Source of the DNA: Clostridia bacterium
GTDB taxonomy: Bacteria > Bacillota > Clostridia > UMGS1883
NCBI GenBank assembly: GCA_051866635.1
Contig: JBJDXJ010000052.1
Span: 1 to 64,000 of the forward strand
Direction: 5' to 3'
DNA: 64,000 nucleotides
Made by a program: the position numbers and the translations under genes. Positions 36,128 to 45,491 of the stretch are shown here, in pieces. The notes beneath the pieces were generated by a model, which had not been told where the DNA came from, made no database searches, and saw only the letters and a list, made by a program, of their open reading frames with translations. Within the stretch, counting starts at the first letter, position 1. Each line of letters opens with the position of its first letter.

Positions 36128-38803
36128 ATGAAAAAACGGATTTTGGCACTTGCTGCGGCAGGCATTATCCTGTGCGGTCAATTTACTGCATACGCCAAAG
36201 ATTATGCAAATTGCTCCTTATCTGTTGAAAACGGGGAAGCAAAAGCATCTTTTCACGTTGAAAGTGATGAAGAAAATCTTATGGCATCAATTATTGTAAA
36301 GGATGATGAAAATAACATCAAATCAATTGAAACAGAAGTATTTGACGGAAAAGACAAAACAGATTTTTCAATTAAAACAGTTATTCCGTCTGAGAAAGGA
36401 TTAAGCATAAAAACTATGCTGTGGAACAAGTTTATGAACCCTTTAATATACGGTAAAACAATTGTGTACGAGAACAATCCTTCAAAAGGTTTTGTTGACA
36501 TGAACAATGTAACATTAAACGACGGTATGTTTAAAACAAGTCAAGATTTGGGTCTTGATTATGTACTTAGCATGGACGTTGACAGACTTCTTGCTCCAAG
36601 TTTTGAAATGGCGGGCTTACCTACACCAAACGGTAAAGTGCGTTACGGCGGATGGGAAAAGAAAGGTGCAAGTAACTGGGGCTGGTCGGCTGACACATTT
36701 ACATTGGCAGGTCATACTTTAGGTCACTGGATGAGTGCGGCATCCGTTATGTACGCCTCAACCAAAGATGAAGAAGTTAAATCCCGGCTTGATTATGCCG
36801 TTTCACAGCTTGGATATATACAGGAAACCACAAAAAGCGGATATATAGGCGGCTGCAATGAAGAATGTTTTACAAAGCTTTTCAGCGGAAATACAAGTTC
36901 ATGGGCAAATAATTACTGGGTGCCATGGTACGGCATACATAAAATTTATCAGGGACTTATTGATGCTTACGAATATACAGGAAATTATGAGGCATTAAAT
37001 GTTTGCACTAACTTTGCCGACTGGGCTATGGATGGCTTAAATAAGCTGACAGACAGCCAAGTTCAGACGATGTTAAATGTGGAATACGGTGGCATGAATG
37101 ACGTTTTTGCCCGTCTTTACAAATTGACAGGCAGAAAAGAATATTTAACTACTGCAAGGCGTTTTACACATGATAACATATTAAACCCCTTAATTAACGA
37201 ACAGGACGCACTTTCAGGCTTACATGCAAATACACAGATACCCAAAATTATAGGTGCGGCTGAAATTTTTGAAAATGACAGTGTAACCTATCAGAATTAC
37301 GGTAAAGCCGCAAAGTTTTTCTGGGACAGAGTTGTAAACACACGTTCTTATGTAATAGGCGGTAACAGCGTTTCAGAACATTTCGAGGCAATAGGTCTTG
37401 AATCACTTCATCACAAAACTGCGGAAAGCTGTAATACATATAATATGTTAAAGCTGACAGAGCATCTTTATAATTGGGAACATAAATCCGAATACATGGA
37501 CTTTTATGAAAAAGCTCTCTACAACCACATTTTAGGTTCACAGGACCCTGAAACGGGAAATAAAATGTACTTTGTGTCACTTCTGCAGGGTCATTACCGT
37601 ATTTACGGAACAATGCATGATTCTTTCTGGTGCTGTACAGGTACAGGTATGGAAAACCCGGGCAGATATTCAAAGTGTATCTACTATAAAGATAATAACG
37701 ATTTGTATATTAACCTTTATATTCCTTCAACTGTTACATGGGAGGAAAAGAATCTTACACTTACTCAAGAGACTAGCTATCCTTACGAGGACAAAATTCG
37801 TATTACAATAGCTGACGGAGAAGCTGATGCCACACTTAAATTCCGTGTTCCCTCTTGGGCAAAGACAGGTGCAACTGCTACATATAATGGTGAAGTTTAT
37901 ACAAAGAACAGTGCAGGATACCTTGAAATTACAAACAGCTTTAAAAAGGGTGATGTAATCGAGCTTACAATACCTATGGAGCTTGAAATTTATAATTCAA
38001 GAACGGCTAATCAGGTTGCATTTACATACGGTCCTGTTGTTCTTGCGGCACCCTTGGGAACAGAAAACTTTCCAAATGATACTGTTGAAAAGGAAACAGG
38101 CTTAGATACCACAACTACAGATGTCCCGTTTATCGTTTATGAAGGTGACAACATAAATGAGCTTATAGAAATGGTTGAGAGTGAAGGTCTTACATTTAAA
38201 CTTAAGGGCGAATATATGTCAGAAGGGGAAGATGTTTTGTTAAAGCCCTTCTACGAAATACACCACCAGTTCCATAATGTTTACTGGAACATGAACATGG
38301 CGGGGGATTTGTTCTTAAAGAGACTTAACAATGTGACAATCGATCAGGTACAGCCTGACGGTCAGCAGGACGAATTAGGTCATAACCTTGAAACTAATTC
38401 TACGGGCACAGGACATAACGGCTCCTTCTCATCGGGCGGCAATAACTATATGTGGCGTGATGCATGGGGCAGTAGCGACAGTTATTTCTCTTATATGTTA
38501 GGTGTTGACAAGGATATAAAGAATTATCTCTGCGTTGCTTACTGGGGAAGCGATGGTCCTTTCAATAAGAATGGAAAAACTTATACACGTGATTTCTCCA
38601 TCTATGTTGACGGCGTGAAAATTGCAACACAGGTAATTAATAACAATAAGCCGGGTAGTCCCTATTATTGTTATTATGAAATCCCTAAGGAATTGACAAA
38701 GGATAAAGAAGCTGTGACTGTAAAGTGGCAGGTTAACGGCGAAAGCAGTTGTGCAGGCGGTGTTCTGGAAGCACGCATAGTTTCCGAAATTATAGAACAG
38801 TAA
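36128..38803 (+). CDS. Secreted GH127/GH146-type beta-L-arabinofuranosidase
   Basis: Signal peptide; GHTLGHWMSA, EYGGMND, HANTQIPK, ESCNTYNMLK and FWCCTGTGMEN motifs. Confidence 0.9.
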   Translation: MKKRILALAAAGIILCGQFTAYAKDYANCSLSVENGEAKASFHVESDEENLMASIIVKDDENNIKSIETEVFDGKDKTDFSIKTVIPSEKGLSIKTMLWNKFMNPLIYGKTIVYENNPSKGFVDMNNVTLNDGMFKTSQDLGLDYVLSMDVDRLLAPSFEMAGLPTPNGKVRYGGWEKKGASNWGWSADTFTLAGHTLGHWMSAASVMYASTKDEEVKSRLDYAVSQLGYIQETTKSGYIGGCNEECFTKLFSGNTSSWANNYWVPWYGIHKIYQGLIDAYEYTGNYEALNVCTNFADWAMDGLNKLTDSQVQTMLNVEYGGMNDVFARLYKLTGRKEYLTTARRFTHDNILNPLINEQDALSGLHANTQIPKIIGAAEIFENDSVTYQNYGKAAKFFWDRVVNTRSYVIGGNSVSEHFEAIGLESLHHKTAESCNTYNMLKLTEHLYNWEHKSEYMDFYEKALYNHILGSQDPETGNKMYFVSLLQGHYRIYGTMHDSFWCCTGTGMENPGRYSKCIYYKDNNDLYINLYIPSTVTWEEKNLTLTQETSYPYEDKIRITIADGEADATLKFRVPSWAKTGATATYNGEVYTKNSAGYLEITNSFKKGDVIELTIPMELEIYNSRTANQVAFTYGPVVLAAPLGTENFPNDTVEKETGLDTTTTDVPFIVYEGDNINELIEMVESEGLTFKLKGEYMSEGEDVLLKPFYEIHHQFHNVYWNMNMAGDLFLKRLNNVTIDQVQPDGQQDELGHNLETNSTGTGHNGSFSSGGNNYMWRDAWGSSDSYFSYMLGVDKDIKNYLCVAYWGSDGPFNKNGKTYTRDFSIYVDGVKIATQVINNNKPGSPYYCYYEIPKELTKDKEAVTVKWQVNGESSCAGGVLEARIVSEIIEQ

Positions 38804-38844
38804 AAAACAGGGGGCGTTGTATTTAAAACGTCCCCTGTTTTTTT
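38802..38844. terminator. Bidirectional terminator
   Basis: AAAAAACAGGGGGCGTT...AACGTCCCCTGTTTTTTT between convergent genes. Confidence 0.8.
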
Positions 38845-39017
38845 CAAACAAACTGATTTCTTTCCTCGTTATAACTGTAGCCGATTAAAGAAAGTTTTTT
38901 TGTTATTTCATCCATATCCATCTCCAAATCCTCGCAAAGGGCGTTAAGGGATGGATAGAAGTCACGTAGTTTTGTGTTTATTACACTTAAAAGTATAACA
39001 GGGTCATTTGGAAGCAT
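38844..39017 (-). CDS. Small DUF4250-like protein, 57 aa (not in the ORF track)
   Basis: MLPNDPVILLSVINTKLRDFYPSLNALCEDL...GYSYNEERNQFV*; AAGGAG RBS. Confidence 0.85.
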   Translation of the reverse strand: MLPNDPVILLSVINTKLRDFYPSLNALCEDLEMDMDEITKKLSLIGYSYNEERNQFV

Positions 39018-39035
39018 TATATTTCTCCTTTGTGT

Positions 39036-39860
39036 TTATCTTAAAGATTTCAAAAGTGCAATTTCTTTTGCATATCCGTCAATTTCGTTTGGGGTTTCAA
39101 GGTAGAAGGGAAGAACCTTTAACTGCGGGTGGTTTATAATTCTTGCAATGGCATCAATGCCAAGACTTCCTTCGCCGATTTTTTCGTGACGGTCTTTGTG
39201 GGACTCAAAAACATTTTTGGAATCATTTAAGTGAATTGCCTTAAGCTTGTCTATGCCTATGATGCGGTCAAATTCCTCCAAGACACCGTCAAGATTATTT
39301 ACAATGTCATATCCTGCATCGTAAACATGACAGGTGTCAAGGCATACACATAACTTTTCGTTAAGGTTTGTTTTATCAATAATCTCTTTTAACTCTTCAA
39401 AACGACTGCCCACTTCACTGCCTTTTCCTGCCATTGTTTCAAGCAAAACTGTTGTTTTCATGTCAGGAAACAGTATGCTGTTTAAAAGAGAAGTAATCTG
39501 CTCAATGCCCGTTTCAATGCCTTGTCCTACGTGACTTCCGGGATGAAAATTATACATTGCACCGGGGGTATATTCAAGACGCTTTAAATCGTCCTCCATT
39601 GTAATGTGTGCAAACTCACGGATTTTTTCATCTGCGGAACATGCATTTAATGTATAGGGTGCATGGGCGAGAATTGGTCCGAAACCGTCTTTTGATTTTT
39701 CGTTAAATTCAGCGATATCGTCAAAATCTAAATCTTTGGCTTTTCCGCCACGGGGGTTACGTGTAAAAAATTGAAAGGTGTTGCCTCCTATGGATAAGGC
39801 TTCATCATACATATGGGTATAGCCCTTAGAAGCCGAAAGATGTGCACCTATTTTAAACAT
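39036..39860 (-). CDS. nfo: Endonuclease IV
   Basis: [30 protein letters not shown] and DRHE motifs. Confidence 0.95.
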   Translation of the reverse strand: MFKIGAHLSASKGYTHMYDEALSIGGNTFQFFTRNPRGGKAKDLDFDDIAEFNEKSKDGFGPILAHAPYTLNACSADEKIREFAHITMEDDLKRLEYTPGAMYNFHPGSHVGQGIETGIEQITSLLNSILFPDMKTTVLLETMAGKGSEVGSRFEELKEIIDKTNLNEKLCVCLDTCHVYDAGYDIVNNLDGVLEEFDRIIGIDKLKAIHLNDSKNVFESHKDRHEKIGEGSLGIDAIARIINHPQLKVLPFYLETPNEIDGYAKEIALLKSLR

Positions 39861-39947
39861 GCTTAATCACTCCTTGCAATTATAGTTTTAATCTGTTACA
39901 ATAAGTATAACACAAAATTAAAATATTGCAACGAAAAGAGTTTTATT

Positions 39948-41240
39948 ATGGGAAAGAAAGTTGGATTTCTTGCACTTGGGTGCAAGGTTAATCAATATGA
40001 AGTTGATGCGTATACGGCAATGTTTAAAGAAGCAGGATTTGAAATTGCTTCTTTTGACGATGTGTGCGATATATATGTTATAAATACATGTTCTGTTACA
40101 AATCTTGGTGACAGAAAAAGCAGACAGATGATAAGAAGGGCAAAGGCAAAAAATCCCTGTGCAATTGTTGTCGCCACAGGTTGCTATGCACAGGTCAGCT
40201 ATAATGAGGTTTCTGAAATGGAAGAGGTTGACCTTTGTATAGGGACAAGCCTTCGCTCAAAGATTGTGGAGCTTACAGAGAAAGCCTTAAACGGGGAAGA
40301 TGTAAATGCCTATGTTGACATTATGAAGGTCAGAGGGTTTGAAGAACTGGAATGTGAAAGCGTAACAGAAAGAACAAGGGCAAACATAAAAATACAGGAC
40401 GGATGCGATAACTTCTGCTCATACTGCATTGTGCCTTATGCACGTGGCCCGGTAAGGTCAAGAAAACTTGAAAGTATCATAAAAGAGGCACAAAGAATTG
40501 CAGATTTAGGCTTTAAAGAAGTTGTGCTTACAGGTATCAGCGTTGCAAGTTACGGCAAAGATACTAAGGAATGTAAACTTATTGATGTTATTGAAAAGGT
40601 TTGCGAAATTGACAAAATTGAAAGAGTGAGACTGTCGTCAATTGACCCTGTTGCTTTTAGTGATGACTTTATTGAAAGACTGTCAAAACAACCTAAGGTA
40701 TGCGACCATTTTCACATTTCCCTTCAAAGCGGCAGTGATGAAGTGTTAAAAAATATGAACCGTAAGTACAAAACGGCAGAATACCTTGATATGCTAAACC
40801 GCATAAGGGCAAAAATGCCTTATGTAGGCATAACCACTGACATTATAGAAGGCTTCCCGGAGGAAACGGAAGAAAATTTTGAAGAAACAAAATCTTTTGC
40901 ACGAAAAGCAGGCTTTTCAAAGATACATGTGTTCCCTTATTCCGAGCGTCGTGGCACAGCGGCGGCACAGATGCCCCAAATACCGATGCCCTTGCGTGAA
41001 AGAAGGGCGAAGGAACTGGGCTTAATCGGGGAAGAATTAAAGTGCAATTATGAAAAGAGCTTTGTTGGCAAAAAAGTGGAAGTCCTTTTTGAGCAGACTA
41101 AAAAAGGTTACACGGAAGGGTTAACTAAAAATTATCTGAGGGTGTTTGTGGAAGAAAACGAAACACTTCACAATAATTGTGCAACTGTTGAAATTTTAAA
41201 CTATGATGGCGGAAAGCTTTACGGAAGGGTTGTTAAATGA
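39948..41240 (+). CDS. mtaB: tRNA t6A methylthiotransferase
   Basis: LGCKVNQYE, INTCSVT and KIQDGCDNFCSYC motifs. Confidence 0.92.
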   Translation: MGKKVGFLALGCKVNQYEVDAYTAMFKEAGFEIASFDDVCDIYVINTCSVTNLGDRKSRQMIRRAKAKNPCAIVVATGCYAQVSYNEVSEMEEVDLCIGTSLRSKIVELTEKALNGEDVNAYVDIMKVRGFEELECESVTERTRANIKIQDGCDNFCSYCIVPYARGPVRSRKLESIIKEAQRIADLGFKEVVLTGISVASYGKDTKECKLIDVIEKVCEIDKIERVRLSSIDPVAFSDDFIERLSKQPKVCDHFHISLQSGSDEVLKNMNRKYKTAEYLDMLNRIRAKMPYVGITTDIIEGFPEETEENFEETKSFARKAGFSKIHVFPYSERRGTAAAQMPQIPMPLRERRAKELGLIGEELKCNYEKSFVGKKVEVLFEQTKKGYTEGLTKNYLRVFVEENETLHNNCATVEILNYDGGKLYGRVVK

Positions 41241-42547
41241 AAAATCTATCATATTCAAGAATAATAGCAATAGGCTTTTTTGTGATGATACTTATAGGCA
41301 CTATGCTTTTAATGCTTCCCATATCATCACAAAGTGGCAGTTGGACAGGTTTTTCGGAAGCCTTCTTTACTGCGGTGAGTGCACAGTGTGTTACGGGGCT
41401 GGTAATTGTTAATACTGCAACACATTGGTCACTTTTCGGTCAATTGGTGATTTTGTTTCTAATCCAGACGGGCGGATTGGGTTTTATATCCATAAGCGTA
41501 TACCTGTCCATTATGATGAAAAGAAAGCTAAGTTTGCATCAACGAGGACTTTTTCAGGAAAGCATGAACACCCTTGAGATGTCGGGAATAACACATTTGA
41601 CAAAAAGGATAATGATAGGCGTGTTCAGTTTTGAACTTATGGGTGCAATACTTTTGTTGCCAACCTTTTTAAAAAGCTTTTCTGTTCCAAAAGCATTGTA
41701 TTACAGCGTTTTTCATTCAATATCGGCATTTTGCAATGCGGGATTTTCCACTTTGGATGGAAATTTGATTAATATGCACGATAATATATTCTTCTGCGTT
41801 GTAATAATGCTCCTTGTAACTATAGGCGGTTTGGGATTTATAGTGTGGGATGATTTGTATGTAAATAAACTGCATTTTGCCAGTTGGCGTTTGCACACCA
41901 AAATAGTTGTTTTAATGACAGTTGCAATAACTTTATCGGGTGCGGTGCTTTTGTTTATTACAGAGAGGGGAACTGTCCTTGAAAGTATGACTTGGGGCGA
42001 AAAAATAACTGCATCATTTTTCGGTGCGGTGACTGCCAGAACGGCAGGGTTTAACACAATTGATGTTGCATCATTAAGTGATGGCGGTAAATTAATCACA
42101 ATGGTTATTATGTTTATCGGCGGAAGCCCCGGCAGCACGGCAGGCGGTATAAAGACAACAACCTTTCTGGTAATTCTTGTTTTTATACTGTCGAACTTTA
42201 AAAGGACACAACCAAATATTTTCGGCAGAAGGCTTGAAGATGATTCTGTAAGAAAGGCTACAACGGTATTTGCAACAAATCTTTCCCTTGTTATAATTGC
42301 AAGTGTTGTGCTTTGTAGTATTACAAATATAAATCTGACGGACACGCTGTTTGAAACGGTATCTGCCATAAGTACTGTGGGTATGAGCAGTGCAGGTACC
42401 GAAAACTATGGCAGAATTGGTGCATATGTTATAGCCATCCTGATGTATTTGGGGAGAGTTGGCAGTATGACATTTGCGGTATCGTTCTTTGAAAAAAAGA
42501 AAAAAGTTGCAATAGGCTATTTGCCTGAAAGGATTGCGATAGGTTAA
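41237..42547 (+). CDS. Trk/Ktr potassium transporter membrane subunit (TrkH/KtrB)
   Basis: SAQCVTGL, SAFCNAGF, TARTAGF, GGSPGSTAGGIKTT and SAISTVGMS pore loops. Confidence 0.92.
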   Translation: MKNLSYSRIIAIGFFVMILIGTMLLMLPISSQSGSWTGFSEAFFTAVSAQCVTGLVIVNTATHWSLFGQLVILFLIQTGGLGFISISVYLSIMMKRKLSLHQRGLFQESMNTLEMSGITHLTKRIMIGVFSFELMGAILLLPTFLKSFSVPKALYYSVFHSISAFCNAGFSTLDGNLINMHDNIFFCVVIMLLVTIGGLGFIVWDDLYVNKLHFASWRLHTKIVVLMTVAITLSGAVLLFITERGTVLESMTWGEKITASFFGAVTARTAGFNTIDVASLSDGGKLITMVIMFIGGSPGSTAGGIKTTTFLVILVFILSNFKRTQPNIFGRRLEDDSVRKATTVFATNLSLVIIASVVLCSITNINLTDTLFETVSAISTVGMSSAGTENYGRIGAYVIAILMYLGRVGSMTFAVSFFEKKKKVAIGYLPERIAIG

Positions 42548-42559
42548 GGAGGAAAAACA

Positions 42560-43219
42560 ATGAAAAATAAAAATGTATTGGTCATAGGCATGGGCAGATT
42601 CGGTCAACATCTTTGCAAAAAGCTCTATGAGCTTAATAACGAAATAATGGCAATTGATATAGACGAACCTGCTCTTGATAACGTGAGCGAATATGTTGCC
42701 ACAGCACGTATTGCGGACTGCACAAACCCCGAAGTTTTATCAAGCATCGGTGTGACGGATTTTGACATATGCATTGTGTGCATAGGAAATAATTTTCAAA
42801 ACAGTCTGGAAATTACAAGCCAGCTTAAGGACATGGGTGCAAAATATGTTATAAGCAAAGCAAATCGTGATATACAGGCAAAGTTCCTTCTTCGTAACGG
42901 TGCCGATGAAGTCATTTATCCCAACCGTGACATGGCAGAAAAATTGGCAAGAAGGATAAGCATAAACCATATTTTTGACTATATTGAATTAACGGGCGAA
43001 TACGGAATATATGAAATCCCTGCTCTTGATGAATGGGTTGGGAAAAGCATTAAAGAATCAAACATACGTGCCAATTACCACGTTAATGTTATCGGGACTA
43101 AAGTTATGGAAAAAACAAATGTTATGCCCATGGCAGATTACGTAATAAGTAAAGACGAGCATCTTATAGTTGTGGCATCACAAAAGGAAATTGACAAGAT
43201 TGTAAAGAAAATACGTTGA
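42560..43219 (+). CDS. Trk/Ktr RCK regulatory subunit (TrkA/KtrA)
   Basis: VIGMGRFG and GADEVIYP motifs. Confidence 0.92.
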   Translation: MKNKNVLVIGMGRFGQHLCKKLYELNNEIMAIDIDEPALDNVSEYVATARIADCTNPEVLSSIGVTDFDICIVCIGNNFQNSLEITSQLKDMGAKYVISKANRDIQAKFLLRNGADEVIYPNRDMAEKLARRISINHIFDYIELTGEYGIYEIPALDEWVGKSIKESNIRANYHVNVIGTKVMEKTNVMPMADYVISKDEHLIVVASQKEIDKIVKKIR

Positions 43220-43372
43220 TACATCATTAGGTAAAATTCTATAAACAATAGGTTTTTTCGGAAAAATTATAGGACTAAGACTAAAAAAATGTAAAAATTA
43301 TATTGACAAATTATCTCTTTTGTAGTAGAATTGAACTCGCTGAAAATGCCCATAGGTGGCAGAGGTGATAAC

Positions 43373-43879
43373 ATGAAAATAAATATTGCAAGTGTCATCA
43401 ACTGTGACGGCGCAAAGCTTGATATTGAAAAGGAGTTCCCCATAGGCTCTTTTGAGTTTGCAGGGAATGAGTATTCCTTTGAAAAACCTGTGAAAGTTAC
43501 AGGTGAAATCAGAAATATCGGCAGTGCGTTGAGGATTATCCTCAATGTTTGGGGTGAGTACACGGCTTTTTGTGATCGTTGCGGCTGTGATGTAACAAAA
43601 TCTGTTGCTAGTGCAACAGAGGAGGACATTACAGAAGGCAATGATGATTTTGACGAAGAGATGTTTTCAATCGTAGGACATACGTTAGATATTTCCGGTG
43701 CGGTTGAATCTTTAGTGTACAGTAGTCTTCCTATGCGTAATCTGTGCAGTGACGATTGTAAGGGTTTATGCCCTAAATGCGGTACAGATTTAAACAAATC
43801 AGAATGTAATTGCGATACGACAAGGTATGACCCTCGTTTCGCTATTTTCAGAAAATTAGCAGGAAATGGTGAGGTGTGA
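43373..43879 (+). CDS. YceD/DUF177 family protein
   Basis: CDRC...PMRNLCSDDCKGLCPKCG...DPRF; directly upstream of rpmF. Confidence 0.9.
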   Translation: MKINIASVINCDGAKLDIEKEFPIGSFEFAGNEYSFEKPVKVTGEIRNIGSALRIILNVWGEYTAFCDRCGCDVTKSVASATEEDITEGNDDFDEEMFSIVGHTLDISGAVESLVYSSLPMRNLCSDDCKGLCPKCGTDLNKSECNCDTTRYDPRFAIFRKLAGNGEV

Positions 43880-43882
43880 AAA

Positions 43883-44062
43883 ATGGCAGTTCCTAAGCAC
43901 AGAACTTCTAAAATGAAGAAGCGTCAGAGAAGAGCAAACTGGAAGCTTCTTATTCCCGGCATGGTAAAGTGCTCTCATTGCGGCGAGTATACAAAGCCCC
44001 ACATGGTATGTAAGGCTTGCGGTTACTATGACGGTAAGGAAATCGTAAAGGTAGAAGCGTAA
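43883..44062 (+). CDS. rpmF: 50S ribosomal protein L32 (not in the ORF track)
   Basis: [20 protein letters not shown]...CSHCG...[14 protein letters not shown]. Confidence 0.96.
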   Translation: MAVPKHRTSKMKKRQRRANWKLLIPGMVKCSHCGEYTKPHMVCKACGYYDGKEIVKVEA

Positions 44063-44128
44063 GAGACGCATTGATGAGCAGAATCTTCTGATTCTGCTCT
44101 CCTTATTTCCTTTGTATTAATTATATCT

Positions 44129-44205
44129 GTCGATATAGCTCAGCAGGATAGAGCGACCGCCTCCTAAGCGGTAGGTCGGAGGTTCGAATCCTCTTATCGA
44201 CGCCA
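44129..44205 (+). tRNA. tRNA-Arg(CCT)
   Basis: GTCGATATAGCTCAGCAGGATAGAGC...CT-CCT-AA...GGTTCGAATCC...ATCGACGCCA, 77 nt with encoded CCA. Confidence 0.96.
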
Positions 44206-44238
44206 GAAAAAACGACTTGTTTCGACAAGTCGTTTTTT
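44206..44238 (+). terminator. Terminator after tRNA-Arg
   Basis: AAAAAACGACTTGT-TTCG-ACAAGTCGTTTTTT. Confidence 0.88.
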
Positions 44239-44239
44239 C

Positions 44240-44420
44240 ATCGATATAAATTCCTGAAGGAATTTGCTATATATACTTCATATGCGATATATCTTCGATT
44301 CGATATGTTGCCTTATGGCAACGAGTAGAGGAATTTATATCATATCGCAACAAAGCGAAGTGGAGTTATATCGAATTTGCGAAGCAAATATATTGCACGA
44401 GCGAGAGCGAGTATATCGCT
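44240..44420. repeat. Nested palindromic non-coding element
   Basis: Several GATAT boxes on the left mirrored by ATATC boxes on the right, with small hairpins between them. Confidence 0.55.
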
Positions 44421-44540
44421 AATTAAATTAGATATCTCTATGGTTTTGTTTTGTATTATTTATTAAGAAAGGATTTTTGTAATGAATAGTAAATTTTTTC
44501 AATTTAACGTTTTCAAGGTGGGATATTTCACTAAAACATA

Positions 44541-44702
44541 TTGCAAACTACGTTATAGTGTGGTATAATTTAGCACGAAAGTCATCGGAGGACAGTACAC
44601 CGTAGTGTAGGGGAGCAAATTCAGTTTGCGGCCGCCTGTCGGATAAGATGTCGAGTGAGCTCGGTTATTACTTTTAGTAACAGCCGGGTATTTTTATTTT
44701 TT
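44541..44702 (+). promoter_or_regulatory. sigma-A promoter and structured leader ending in a terminator (attenuator-like)
   Basis: TTGCAA-17-TATAAT with extended TG; hairpin CTCGGTTATTAC...GTAACAGCCGGG plus T-run before the RBS. Confidence 0.65.
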
Positions 44703-44717
44703 AGGGGGATTTATTAT

Positions 44718-45257
44718 ATGAAAAACACAAAGGTTGCTCTTATGCCGCTGACGGCGGACGACCGTGAACAGTTCATTCTTGACAACCAGGAAGCATTTAG
44801 GTTCGGAGCACTTGAGGAGTTTGGCAAACGTGATGACCATTTGGATCTTGATGGGGAAATTATTTCTCGAAAAACTATTGAGGAGAGTATTGACTCCGAG
44901 GATGCTGAAACATATCGCATTATGCTTGACGGCGAAAAGGTTGGCGGTGTGATCCTTAAAATTGATAACAAAACACATCACAACCATCTTGATATTCTCT
45001 TTGTTTCCCCAAAGGTACACAGCAAAGGTATAGGCTACAAAGCATGGCAGGCGGTAGAAGAGATGCACCCTGAAACCAAAATTTGGGAGACCTGTACACC
45101 TTATTTTGAAAAACGGAATATACATTTTTATGTGAACAAGTTAGGCTTTCATATTGTGGAATTTTTCTGTGAATATAATACTGACAATAACTGCCCGGAA
45201 GAAAAGCCCTCAGACGGACCTGATGAAATGTTTAGATTTATAAAAGTAATGAAGTAG
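44718..45257 (+). CDS. GNAT-family N-acetyltransferase
   Basis: LFVSPKVHSKGIG acetyl-CoA motif and RNIHFYVNKLGF. Confidence 0.9.
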   Translation: MKNTKVALMPLTADDREQFILDNQEAFRFGALEEFGKRDDHLDLDGEIISRKTIEESIDSEDAETYRIMLDGEKVGGVILKIDNKTHHNHLDILFVSPKVHSKGIGYKAWQAVEEMHPETKIWETCTPYFEKRNIHFYVNKLGFHIVEFFCEYNTDNNCPEEKPSDGPDEMFRFIKVMK

Positions 45258-45345
45258 GCAGAATTGAGCCTGACTGTATGCGGTCAAATATACGCTTTTT
45301 CATTTCCTCCTTGGTTAGATCCTTCCGGTCGAGAGAGCCAACATT
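45252..45345. repeat. Imperfect direct repeat of a pdaB internal segment (second copy at 45635-45724)
   Basis: ATTGAGCCTGACTGTATGCGGTCAAA...GTCGAGAGAG-CAACAT occurs twice with about 7 substitutions. Confidence 0.9.
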
Positions 45346-45448
45346 CGACACAAAAGTCTTTACAGTGTTTACATAAGTCACGAAGTTTTTGAAATTCGCG
45401 AAATAGCTGACATTCAGCTTGATGAAAATGGTATAAAATGAAAGATGT

Positions 45449-45491
45449 TCATCAGTCAGCAAAGTTGATAGCTTCTCCTCAAGGGGAAGCC
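45449..45491. repeat. REP-like double hairpin overlapping the pdaB stop codon
   Basis: TCAGC-AAA-GTTGA and GCTTCTCCT-CAA-GGGGAAGC. Confidence 0.55.

Noticed and set aside
36017-36181. N-terminal extension of the AraC ORF given in the track
   Set aside because: It overlaps the divergent GH127 start and promoter; the RBS supports a start at 36016 or 36010
44206-45478. Integrative element or prophage at tRNA-Arg
   Set aside because: No integrase and no duplicated tRNA 3' end were seen; it is only a small mosaic islet
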